Part shown: piece after piece, positions 1 to 8,427 of the stretch | How positions within the stretch are numbered: the first letter of the stretch is position 1 | How the letters are laid out: every line of letters begins with the position of its first letter | NCBI GenBank assembly: GCA_029262635.1 | Contig: JAJCZA010000005.1 | Location: 535,135-599,134 of the forward strand | DNA from: Vampirovibrionales bacterium | GTDB taxonomy: Bacteria > Cyanobacteriota > Vampirovibrionia > Vampirovibrionales > Vampirovibrionaceae | DNA: 64,000 bases | Reading direction: 5' to 3' | The notes under the pieces: model-generated | Database searches by the model: none | What the model was told of the DNA's origin: nothing | The model's input: the letters and a program-made list of their open reading frames with translations, nothing else | Position numbers and translations under genes: made by a program

Positions 1-63
1 CTAAAAAGGAAGCCTTATATTAATGATTCAATGGTTAGGTTTTAATGTTGGTGATTGGCCGTT

Positions 64-846
64 ATGGATGATAGAGAGTCGATTAATCATTTTTCGTCTT
101 TTATAGAACAGGCGAAAATTAAAGCGTCAGATCTGATGCCGTTTGAGGATTGGCTTGGAGGCCATGGCGCAAAAACGGTTGAACTCGGTGAGGGAAATTG
201 GCCTGAGAGGAATCGGGAAGGTAATCCTGTTTATATGCCGGACGTTTCTGGAGTGCTTCCTAAGAAACCTCTGGAATCTATGCAGGAACAGGTGGATGTT
301 CTCGCTGCGCATATGAAAAACCAGCTAGGCGAACACCAACAAGCGATTTCAAATACGGGCCGCCTTTTCGATCAGCTGCTTTGGGAGCTTGAAAACCTGT
401 GCATGTGCTTTCAGGAATCGTTATCATCGAAAGGAGTGCCGACGGACCAGATTTATTCCCGAATTGACCCGGATCGGTCTGTGGGGATTCTCAATGTGCT
501 ATGGCACACCGTGAGTTTTACGGCACGAGGGAACACAAGGCCGATGGCCATGTATCGCTTTGGACGAGAACCACTGTTTACCGGGCGTATTGTTGCATTA
601 AGGGGTGATTATCTTGAAATGACCAATGGTAATTTAATGCCCGAATTTTCAGAGTTGCTCTCCCAAGAAGTGGCATCACTTTATATTCCTTCCGAAGTAG
701 ATACACCAGCTGTTCTGAGTATTAAGCATCTTGGAGATGAGGAGCAGTACCTGAACCAAGGGGAAGCGGCTCGCCAGTTTTTGCTCAAGGTCATTGAGAT
801 GGTTTGCGCAGGCGGGTATTTTCACGAGAAAGAATATTACTCATAA
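64..846 (+). CDS. hypothetical protein (~260 aa)
   Basis: Long ORF with protein-like composition. ATG at 64 preferred over TTG at 55. No family recognised. Confidence 0.7.
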   Translation: MDDRESINHFSSFIEQAKIKASDLMPFEDWLGGHGAKTVELGEGNWPERNREGNPVYMPDVSGVLPKKPLESMQEQVDVLAAHMKNQLGEHQQAISNTGRLFDQLLWELENLCMCFQESLSSKGVPTDQIYSRIDPDRSVGILNVLWHTVSFTARGNTRPMAMYRFGREPLFTGRIVALRGDYLEMTNGNLMPEFSELLSQEVASLYIPSEVDTPAVLSIKHLGDEEQYLNQGEAARQFLLKVIEMVCAGGYFHEKEYYS

Positions 847-905
847 AAAGACGAGCGGCTTGGCAAGGGGTTGGGCCGGTCTGCTTTTTAGAAACGAAGC
901 CCTTG

Positions 906-1850
906 CTATGCGGCAAAGAAACCTTGGTTAAAATTAAAGCTGGAATAAGCCGGGTTAGCGTAGTTAACAATCATTCCCGGGTTAATGGGGTTTAATACTA
1001 GGGCTGAGGCTTGACCTGCTGCTTGCGCGCCCAGGAAGCCAGCGTTGGCATTACCCCCTTGAGGGCCAATGGAGGTGATAAAAGTGCCAAATGGGCTAAC
1101 TAACCGACCACCGGCGCCACCTTGCCCTTGCATGTTGGTCATTTGTTGTTGGAATGGGTTAACGGGCCCAAATCCTGGCATACCGCCAGAGAGGGGCGAA
1201 TTTTGTTGTATACCCAGACCGGAGATAGCTTGTTGTGGATTTCGGCCTGTTAATTGATTCATGAGAAAGCTACCACCGCCGGTGGCGAGAAAATTCATGA
1301 AGTTGGATGTGTCGGGTCTGGCAACCGGGGCCGAAAAACCACCGGGCTGTCCGAAGCCAAAAGGTTGGGAAGGTTGAGCAAGGGCGGGTTGTCCGCCAAA
1401 CCCTTGAGTGGTGCCGTTAAGGCCGCCAAAGCCAAGTGGACTTGCTGTTCCTAAGCTTTGCCCCATACTGACTGGGTTTAGTAAGGAGTTACTAAAGGCC
1501 CCACCTTGCATCATGCTGGTTGGCGCTAATGGGTTGGGGTTTGGACCAAAGGAACCAAAAGGAGCCCCGTTAAAAGGATCATACGGTGTGACCTGAAGCG
1601 GGTTGAATGGATTGACCTGGCCAAACGAGTTCGGTTGGATTGGATTGAAGCGACCAAAGGGCTGAGCAAACGGTGAGGCAACACCCAAGCCATTGACGGT
1701 ATTTGCGGGTGTGATGGGTAAGGGACCTGCCAATGAGGTTGAAACACCCATGGGGCCGAGTGAGACATTGCCGTTGCCATTAACTGTTCCCGTGCCCATG
1801 CCAAACGGCGTTAATGAAAAGCCACTAGCGTTGTTGATAGGGAATGACAT
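906..1850 (-). CDS. low-complexity G/P/F/N/Q-rich, FG-repeat protein
   Basis: 314-aa ORF with strong SD (GGAGGAG) 10 nt before ATG. 11 FG dipeptides, only 4 R and 2 D, no K/E/H/C/W. Confidence 0.8.
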   Translation of the reverse strand: MSFPINNASGFSLTPFGMGTGTVNGNGNVSLGPMGVSTSLAGPLPITPANTVNGLGVASPFAQPFGRFNPIQPNSFGQVNPFNPLQVTPYDPFNGAPFGSFGPNPNPLAPTSMMQGGAFSNSLLNPVSMGQSLGTASPLGFGGLNGTTQGFGGQPALAQPSQPFGFGQPGGFSAPVARPDTSNFMNFLATGGGSFLMNQLTGRNPQQAISGLGIQQNSPLSGGMPGFGPVNPFQQQMTNMQGQGGAGGRLVSPFGTFITSIGPQGGNANAGFLGAQAAGQASALVLNPINPGMIVNYANPAYSSFNFNQGFFAA

Positions 1851-2161
1851 AAATTGCTTACTCCTCCGACTCTAATCACACCTGATTACGGACAGATGTC
1901 GTCGCCTCTTTCTTTCTTTTCTTCTTCATCCATAGAAGGACGATCGAGCAGGGTCAATTAATTGTTTCACTTCTAACTCATATCTAACTAAAATAACAAT
2001 TCCACTGTTATTTCTTAGAATAATAAAAACAAAAGAATAGGGCAGATTGTCTTTTTCCCTGTTTTTATTAAATAAAAGTTACAAAGTACGGTTAAGCGAG
2101 AGTCTCTAAAAGACCCGGCTTGATTCGAGGAAGGATGGAAAGTGAGGGGTCAGGAGATTTT

Positions 2162-2524
2162 TTAATAATGTTCTTGTAAAGAAGATTCGATCATTTGAGC
2201 AATGGTTGGAATCAGGCTTTTTTGGAGATCGTCCGGAGTGTCCTGCAAGAGTTGCATGGCCGAATGAAGGGTTTCATTTAGGTCGTACCACCGGCGTCGC
2301 AGGATCTCGCTTTCAATGGACTCATGATGACACACGGCTTGGTTCAGGGTTTCAATGGGGTTTTGAGCTTCTGCTTCGGTTCGGTGCTCAATAACAATCT
2401 TAATAATATTGAGGGCGACCTGAGCCTGATATTTATCGGAGGCTTGGCGCAGTTGCTCTAACGCCTTACTCAAGGCAGGATCCTTGTCGTACCACCGTTG
2501 ATACTCTCCTGTATTTTCTGGCAT
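2162..2524 (-). CDS. hypothetical protein with two RWYD helical repeats
   Basis: RWYDKDPALSKALEQLRQASD and RWYDLNETLHSAMQLLQDTPD. SD GAGGAG upstream. Confidence 0.75.
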   Translation of the reverse strand: MPENTGEYQRWYDKDPALSKALEQLRQASDKYQAQVALNIIKIVIEHRTEAEAQNPIETLNQAVCHHESIESEILRRRWYDLNETLHSAMQLLQDTPDDLQKSLIPTIAQMIESSLQEHY

Positions 2525-2644
2525 TACTGAGTTTAACTCCCTCTTCAGCTTCTCTCCATTGGATTGAGTTTATTATAACAAGGCCACCCGTTGACAAGCA
2601 CCATCCATTGGGACCATAATAAAAAATTAAAAATTGTGGCATAT

Positions 2645-2718
2645 GGCATAGTAGCTCAGCTGGTTAGAGCACACGGTTCATACCCGTGCGGTCGGTGGTT
2701 CGAATCCACCCTATGCCA
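2645..2718 (+). tRNA. tRNA-Met (CAT), elongator type
   Basis: Full cloverleaf: acceptor GGCATAG/CTATGCC, D arm GCTC/GAGC, anticodon arm CACGG-TTCATAC-CCGTG, T arm GGTGG-TTCGAAT-CCACC. G1:C72 pair argues against initiator. CCA not encoded. Ile2 not fully excluded. Confidence 0.95.
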
Positions 2719-2759
2719 GTTTTTTATGACCCGTTTTATGAAAAGAAGAGGAGCCGATT

Positions 2760-3026
2760 TTGTCCACCCTACCACCACCTGCTTTAAAAACAGCGATTAT
2801 CCTGCTGTTTAAATCAGCACCTCCGTTTGTCCTTTATTCGGAACAGCCGGAGGCTCTTTATGAGGAATTGAAAGGTGTGATTCGTTCGGTCAATATGGCG
2901 TCACCCAAGCTGATTGAAAAACAGGGCCATGGTCCCATCAAGAAGGTGACGTTCCTCGATACCGAGTTATTGGGTGTGTCGCTCCAGATGGGGGTTGTTC
3001 CGCAGTTTCCGATGACCCAGGCCTAG
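2760..3026 (+). CDS. small protein, resembles cyanobacterial UPF0367 family
   Basis: TTG start with GAGGAG SD. Pattern ALYEEL...PKLIE...KKVTFLDTELLGVSLQ recalls UPF0367 (from memory). Confidence 0.55.
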   Translation: MSTLPPPALKTAIILLFKSAPPFVLYSEQPEALYEELKGVIRSVNMASPKLIEKQGHGPIKKVTFLDTELLGVSLQMGVVPQFPMTQA

Positions 3027-3991
3027 ACTTCCAGTAATTTATTTTCAAGCAAGGTGATATGTTGTCGGATTTCATCGATTTCTGAAGGGTTGCTTGTTTG
3101 TTCTAGGTATTGCTTAAAGATCTCAAGGGCTTCCTGATAGCGCTCCAGTTTTTCGAAAGCGTAACCCAAATTGTTAAGGGCAGTGGCGTAATCTGGATCC
3201 AGTTCAATGGCCTTTTGGTACTTAGCAATGGCCTGTTCCGGTTCATTTTTACAATAGTAGGCCAGTCCTAGTTGGTTATAGGCTTTGGCGTAGTTGGCGT
3301 CAACTTCAATGGTCTTTTGGCAATATTCAATGGTGCGCTCCCATTGGCCGCTTTTAGCCAGTGAGATAGAGAGCTCATAGTTACCTTCCAGATGGTTGGG
3401 GTCGATTTCCAGTACTTTGAGATAGGCTTCAATGGCCTCTTCAAACTGTTGGTTGCGATCATACAGCTTGCCGAGAAATAGCCAGGCGTTTTTATTATAA
3501 GGATCAGATTCCACGGCACCTTTATAAGACTCAATGGCTTTGTCATTATCGCCCCGGTTTTCATGAATGAGTCCGATACAATAAAGAGAATCACTGTCAT
3601 CGGGCTTAATTTCCAGTGCCTGCTCAAAGTATTGTTGTGCCTGGTCATATTGTTCGTCCGTATAGTAAAGTCGTGCCCGGTTGTAGAGGGCGTCGGAATC
3701 CTGCGGATCGAGTTCGATGGTTTTCTCAAAATACTCAATGGCTTTTTTTATATCCCCTTGATGTTGGGCCACCAACCCCAGGGTATAATAAGCGGGAGTG
3801 TAGCCAGATGAGAGGGCTAGGGCCTTTAGAAGATCCTGTTGTGCTTTCTCCATCAGTCCGCTCCGATAAAAGTCCAATGCTCGATTGTAATACCATTCCG
3901 GTGACCGGGTGGCGATTTGGAAATAGAAATAAAGGCCGCCCGCAATGCCCGCCAAAAGTAGGATAAGACCAATAACAATCCAGATAATAAT
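3023..3991 (-). CDS. membrane-anchored TPR repeat protein
   Basis: About 8 TPR units (AYYTLG, ALYNRA, AWLFLG, AYNQLG, ALNNLG). Frame stays open upstream of TTG 3955 with a hydrophobic helix. Probable ATT start at 3991 with GGAG SD (start uncertain). Confidence 0.85.
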   Translation of the reverse strand: MIIWIVIGLILLLAGIAGGLYFYFQIATRSPEWYYNRALDFYRSGLMEKAQQDLLKALALSSGYTPAYYTLGLVAQHQGDIKKAIEYFEKTIELDPQDSDALYNRARLYYTDEQYDQAQQYFEQALEIKPDDSDSLYCIGLIHENRGDNDKAIESYKGAVESDPYNKNAWLFLGKLYDRNQQFEEAIEAYLKVLEIDPNHLEGNYELSISLAKSGQWERTIEYCQKTIEVDANYAKAYNQLGLAYYCKNEPEQAIAKYQKAIELDPDYATALNNLGYAFEKLERYQEALEIFKQYLEQTSNPSEIDEIRQHITLLENKLLEV

Positions 3992-4098
3992 GGGGAAGTT
4001 CTCCGCTTTATGGTTCTGTTTTTCCCGCTTTTTATAAAAAAGTATTTTTATAAAATAGTATCCCTGATCCCCGTGTATGGACGCATCCTCTGAACGTC

Positions 4099-4671
4099 TT
4101 AAAATGCAATTTCAGACCGGGCATTCCCAAGCAGAGAAACGGTTGAGAAGTCGAGTGAAAACTCGCAACGCTCCGCATGGGCCAGCGCATACCCACCCAT
4201 GTTCAGCTCGATGCCGCCACTGGCATAAACCTGATCTTTTTTTGTGGACCATGTAAGGGAAGGCGCTTTAAGAGAACTGCCAGACTGATCGATGCTGGTG
4301 ACGGTTACTCCGTCCGTCAGGACCACGGCTTTATCTTTATCCACATAGGTTCCTTTTGGGGCGGTAAACGTAACGACGGGTTCGCCAGCGTCATTATAAA
4401 AGGTGCCCGAAATGTTCGTCAGGTTAGCTCCCGATTGGTCTTTGTAGTAAACGGTTTCCCGAACCTGAAGTTCCCACTTTTTGTGTTCTTTTTCGGTCAC
4501 GGTGAAGGTAACGTTCTCACCGGTAATGTCGCCGATGGGTTTACCGTTATTAGTCGAGCTTTCTGGATCAGGGGCACCGTTCATATAATAGCCGGTAAAA
4601 AGGAGGGAAAAAAGGCCGCCCAGAAGAATCAGACCTAAAATAGTATAAATTAATGTTTTTTGAGGGGCCAT
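4099..4671 (-). CDS. lptC: LPS export periplasmic protein LptC-like
   Basis: Single N-terminal TM, then jellyroll-type pattern (KKWEL, TFTAPKG, VVLTDGVTV, LKAPSLTW). Confidence 0.7.
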   Translation of the reverse strand: MAPQKTLIYTILGLILLGGLFSLLFTGYYMNGAPDPESSTNNGKPIGDITGENVTFTVTEKEHKKWELQVRETVYYKDQSGANLTNISGTFYNDAGEPVVTFTAPKGTYVDKDKAVVLTDGVTVTSIDQSGSSLKAPSLTWSTKKDQVYASGGIELNMGGYALAHAERCEFSLDFSTVSLLGNARSEIAF

Positions 4672-4691
4672 GGGGGTAAATGTCCTGTTGG

Positions 4692-5585
4692 TTAAACCCG
4701 GGAGAAAACGCTTTCATTATAGCGCAACCCGTTCGGAGGTGTGACAGAGAAATGAGAAGGTATGACCGAGTGGGTTGATTTGGAAATGTGGGGGCGAAGC
4801 AAGGGACGGTGCCCAAATCCGTCGGAAGCAGTCTGTTGGAATGCCTGATAGGCCTTGTTATAAAAGGGGATGGCCAGGGGGGTGATGTGTTGTCCAAGCT
4901 GTTCGTATTTGTAATGAATTCCGTTTAAAATTCGATTGATCCGTTGTTTTTCATCCGGCGTGCTGATTAGTCCCGCTGAAATCCAATTTTTAAGGGCCTG
5001 GAGTAGTGGGGTTTTTTGATCCAGTTGATGGATTTTGAGCAAATCCAGAGTGGGCCAGTGGTTCGAGTTTAGGTGGCGAGATAAATAAGGGTAAAACGGA
5101 ATTTGGAAACTCTTCCAGAGGGTGGGGTTGTTAATCAGGGCGGTGGATAACCGGGTTAATGCCTGGTCTCGTTGTTCAGGGGAAAGGTGGTAGTCGGTTA
5201 TGCGTCCGAAAAAACGGGAAAAACTTAGGTCGGCAAACTCATTATTTTCCATCAGCTGATGGAATAGAGTGGCCTCTTTGGCGTCTTCACGGCACTCGAA
5301 ACGCAAGGTTCCATTGATGTGCAATTGCCAATAGGGCTTGGTTTGCCAAGTTTCTTTTTTCCAAATAATCAGATATAGAGTGTTGTTATTGGGCGCCCAT
5401 CCCATGGTCCATTCATTGGCCGGTAAGTTGTCATATAATAGGTTAATGGGGTCGTCGTATTCAGGTTTTAATCGATGCCAGCCTTTTTCCATCAGCTGAT
5501 GAAGGCACGACCGGGCTTCTTCGGAAGAGAAAAGAGGAGGTGTCTGTTTTTCAGGTAGGGTCGGAGTGGGAAAAAGGGTCATCAT
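4692..5585 (-). CDS. hypothetical protein
   Basis: 297-aa ORF in the co-oriented run. Pro-rich N-terminus ending PPLFSS. No family recognised. Confidence 0.6.
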   Translation of the reverse strand: MMTLFPTPTLPEKQTPPLFSSEEARSCLHQLMEKGWHRLKPEYDDPINLLYDNLPANEWTMGWAPNNNTLYLIIWKKETWQTKPYWQLHINGTLRFECREDAKEATLFHQLMENNEFADLSFSRFFGRITDYHLSPEQRDQALTRLSTALINNPTLWKSFQIPFYPYLSRHLNSNHWPTLDLLKIHQLDQKTPLLQALKNWISAGLISTPDEKQRINRILNGIHYKYEQLGQHITPLAIPFYNKAYQAFQQTASDGFGHRPLLRPHISKSTHSVIPSHFSVTPPNGLRYNESVFSRV

Positions 5586-5678
5586 AGAGGCTCATCGAGT
5601 TTTTTTTGGCTCATGGGTGTGTCATATAATACAAAAGCTTCTGAACATTTTTTTGTGCGAGGATAAGCGAGCTTCCGA

Positions 5679-6365
5679 TTAAAAGGATAGGGGATTGACG
5701 GATGGTGGCGGCTCGATTGGGAGGGTTAGTCCGATTAGAGTGAGCAGGGTGGTGGTGATCGCACCACTGATTTGCAAGAAAAGAATCATCGCAACAGGAA
5801 GGATCGCAATCAGGCTTCGTTGCCAGCTTGCGTTGGAGTAGGCTTGCGTACCTAATGTCATGAGGGTTAGACTCCAAAGGGTGATGACGATCAGGGTGAC
5901 GACTTGAGTTATCATTAGGGCTGTGGTGTTCTGAATGAAAAAAAGAAGGGGGAAAAGAATAAGGTTGATCATAAGCAGGGAGGGTAAGGTGAAAAACAAA
6001 CATAACATGAAGACTTGTCGCCAATGAAGTGGTGCTTTAACCACGTGGCTGGTTCCCCAGAGAAAGAGAAACAGAACTGAAGGCCCCAGAATAAGGAGTT
6101 GCCAGGAGTGGATCAGCGTTTGAAAGTAGGTTGCTATAACTGAAAGAGTTTTCTTCCAAAGGTTTTGAGCTGTTATTTCAAGCCCATGGGTGGCCATGAT
6201 CTCGTGAAGAACGCTGAGTAAGAAGGTGATACCCAACATGCCAATCCATAAAGTCGCCAGTGTCTGCTTATTCCAATGATTGTTTTTATCTTTCTGAAAA
6301 AAACGGGAAGGGGCGATGAATAAATCCCGATAACCTTCGAGAACGGTTTGGCGTTTAATACACAT
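5679..6365 (-). CDS. YIP1-family membrane protein
   Basis: N-terminal LFIAPSRFF motif, about 5 TM helices, WSLTLMTLG...SWQRS near C-terminus. Confidence 0.65.
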   Translation of the reverse strand: MCIKRQTVLEGYRDLFIAPSRFFQKDKNNHWNKQTLATLWIGMLGITFLLSVLHEIMATHGLEITAQNLWKKTLSVIATYFQTLIHSWQLLILGPSVLFLFLWGTSHVVKAPLHWRQVFMLCLFFTLPSLLMINLILFPLLFFIQNTTALMITQVVTLIVITLWSLTLMTLGTQAYSNASWQRSLIAILPVAMILFLQISGAITTTLLTLIGLTLPIEPPPSVNPLSF

Positions 6366-6377
6366 GACGAACTCGAC

Positions 6378-7598
6378 TTAAACCTTTTCAACAATCGTGG
6401 CAATGCCTTGTCCGACGCCAATACACATGGTGGCTAGACCGTAGCGACAATTGTCCCGGCGCATCATCTCGTAAATTAGGGTGGTCATGATTCTTGCCCC
6501 ACTACATCCTAGTGGATGCCCGAGTGCGATAGCGCCTCCGTTGACATTAATTTTAGAGACGTCGGCACCCAGCTCCTGAATACAAGCTAATGATTGAGCG
6601 GCGAAGGCCTCGTTGAGCTCAATAAGGTCAATTTGTTCCAATGTTAGTCCTGCCCGTTTTAAGGCTTTACGGGTGGCGGGTACGGGCCCCAATCCCATGT
6701 AGGCTGGATTAACCCCAGCAACTGACGTTGATCGAATACGAACCTTTGGGGTTAGTCCAAGTTCAAGCGCTTTCGCTTCTGACATAACGAGCAAGGCGGC
6801 GGCGCCATCGTTAATGCCGGATGAGTTTCCTGCCGTAACGCTTCCTCCCTCTTTAAATGCCGGTTTTAACGTGTGTAGTTTTTCCAACAGGGTGTCTGGG
6901 CGGGGATGCTCATCCGTATCCACAATAATGGGATCTTTCTTTTTTTGAGGAATAGTGACTGGAATAATTTCGTCTTTAAACCGGCCTTCGCTCATGGCTT
7001 TGCCCGCTTTCTGCTGACTATCAAAGGCAAACTGATCCTGCGCTTCTTGGGAGAGTTGAAATTTTTCGGCCACGTTTTCGGCTGTTTCGCCCATGCCGTA
7101 AGGGTAGTGCAATTGAGCCAGCTTCGGGTTGGTGAACCGCCAGCCGATGGTCGTATCAAAGAGGTCTGTCTTCCGGGAAAAAGCGGTGGGTGCCTTGGCC
7201 AGAACAAACGGTGCGCGGGTCATGCTTTCTACACCACCTGCAATGTAACACTCCGCCTCACCGGCTATAATGGCGTGGCTGGCCTGATTAATGGCCATAA
7301 GGCCTGAGCCACAGAGTCGGTTTACAGTGCCGCCAGCAATGGTTTCCGGGAGTTCGGCGAGTAGGACCGCCATCCGGGCCACGTTTCGATTGTCTTCGCC
7401 TGCTTGATTGGCGGCACCTAGAATCACGTCTTCAATGAGCGTTGGGTCCAGTTGGGGGTTACGCCGAACCAGTTCTTTCAGGACCAGAGCCGCTAAATCG
7501 TCTGGACGAACCGAGGCCAAGCTACCGGAAAATCGACCGACCGGGGTTCGGATAGCGTCAACAATGACGGGCGTGGTTTCCGGGGTGGTCGGGTTCAT
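6378..7598 (-). CDS. paaJ: 3-oxoadipyl-CoA / 3-oxo-5,6-dehydrosuberyl-CoA thiolase (PaaJ/PcaF type)
   Basis: ANQAGEDNRNVARMA, NRLCGSG, DTTIGWRF, NEAFA, GHPLG, MCIGVGQG motifs and paa context. Confidence 0.9.
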   Translation of the reverse strand: MNPTTPETTPVIVDAIRTPVGRFSGSLASVRPDDLAALVLKELVRRNPQLDPTLIEDVILGAANQAGEDNRNVARMAVLLAELPETIAGGTVNRLCGSGLMAINQASHAIIAGEAECYIAGGVESMTRAPFVLAKAPTAFSRKTDLFDTTIGWRFTNPKLAQLHYPYGMGETAENVAEKFQLSQEAQDQFAFDSQQKAGKAMSEGRFKDEIIPVTIPQKKKDPIIVDTDEHPRPDTLLEKLHTLKPAFKEGGSVTAGNSSGINDGAAALLVMSEAKALELGLTPKVRIRSTSVAGVNPAYMGLGPVPATRKALKRAGLTLEQIDLIELNEAFAAQSLACIQELGADVSKINVNGGAIALGHPLGCSGARIMTTLIYEMMRRDNCRYGLATMCIGVGQGIATIVEKV

Positions 7599-8401
7599 GA
7601 CGAGGTTTCCTCCAGTTCGGTCTTGCTACCTTCGTAAATATAGAAACCTTCGCCGGTTTTAACACCAAGCTTGCCGGAGCCAGCCATCTGCTTGAGTAGA
7701 AGCACCGGACGGTAACGGTCTTCAAAATATTCGTTGACTAATGTGTCGAGAATCTGACAGATAACGTCGATACCGATTTTATCGGCCCATGCCAGTGGAC
7801 CTTCCGGGTAGTTCGTACCCAGCTTCATGGCGGTGTCAATATCTTCAGGGCTCGCCACGCCTTCCATTACGGCAGAAGCCGCCTCATTAACGAGCATAGC
7901 AAGCACTCTAGGGAGAACCAGTCCGGGGGTGTCCGTAATTTCATAAGCCTTGACCTGAAGGGATTGGAACAGATTTTTAGCCTTGGCTAGCGCTTCAGGG
8001 TCGGTGGCCTTGGTGGGCGCGAACTCAATAACGTGACGGCCTTGATAAAAGGCCAGCGGAGAGTACATGATGAGCCGGGAGATTACTTCTCTGTCAAAGA
8101 AGGGAGTATCATAGGTGGTTGCATAGCCTGAGGTGCTAATGCCTGATAAGAGAACAATGGGATGATGCTCTTCAGATAGGGCTTCCAGAAATTCTGGAAG
8201 ACTATGGTAGTCCATCCAGCCGTGATGGCAAATAATAACAAAGTCGGGCAGTTCATGAGCCTCTAGGGGTTCTTCCGGGATACTTTCCACATCGTCAATG
8301 TCATCGTAAATATGAACCTGATGTCCTGCCGTGCGACAGAGACTGAAAAAGGTTTGGGTAATCACATCCTGGGGCTTGCCCAGCAGAAAAATTTTACTCA
8401 T
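7595..8401 (-). CDS. 3-hydroxyacyl-CoA dehydrogenase family, PaaH C-terminal-half-like
   Basis: DTPGLVLPRVLAMLVNEA, DIDTAMKLGTNYPEGP, EDRYRP. Rossmann GxGxxG degenerate. Confidence 0.8.
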   Translation of the reverse strand: MSKIFLLGKPQDVITQTFFSLCRTAGHQVHIYDDIDDVESIPEEPLEAHELPDFVIICHHGWMDYHSLPEFLEALSEEHHPIVLLSGISTSGYATTYDTPFFDREVISRLIMYSPLAFYQGRHVIEFAPTKATDPEALAKAKNLFQSLQVKAYEITDTPGLVLPRVLAMLVNEAASAVMEGVASPEDIDTAMKLGTNYPEGPLAWADKIGIDVICQILDTLVNEYFEDRYRPVLLLKQMAGSGKLGVKTGEGFYIYEGSKTELEETSS

Positions 8402-8427
8402 GGTAAGGGCTGAACTTTCTCGATGGT

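Noticed and set aside
2645-2718. tRNA as integration site of an island
   Set aside because: No integrase, and no duplicate of the tRNA 3' end noticed in the window.
2591-2812. 73-aa ORF
   Set aside because: Runs through the tRNA-Met gene; spurious.
5611-6024. His-rich 137-aa ORF
   Set aside because: Alternative frame inside the YIP1 membrane gene.
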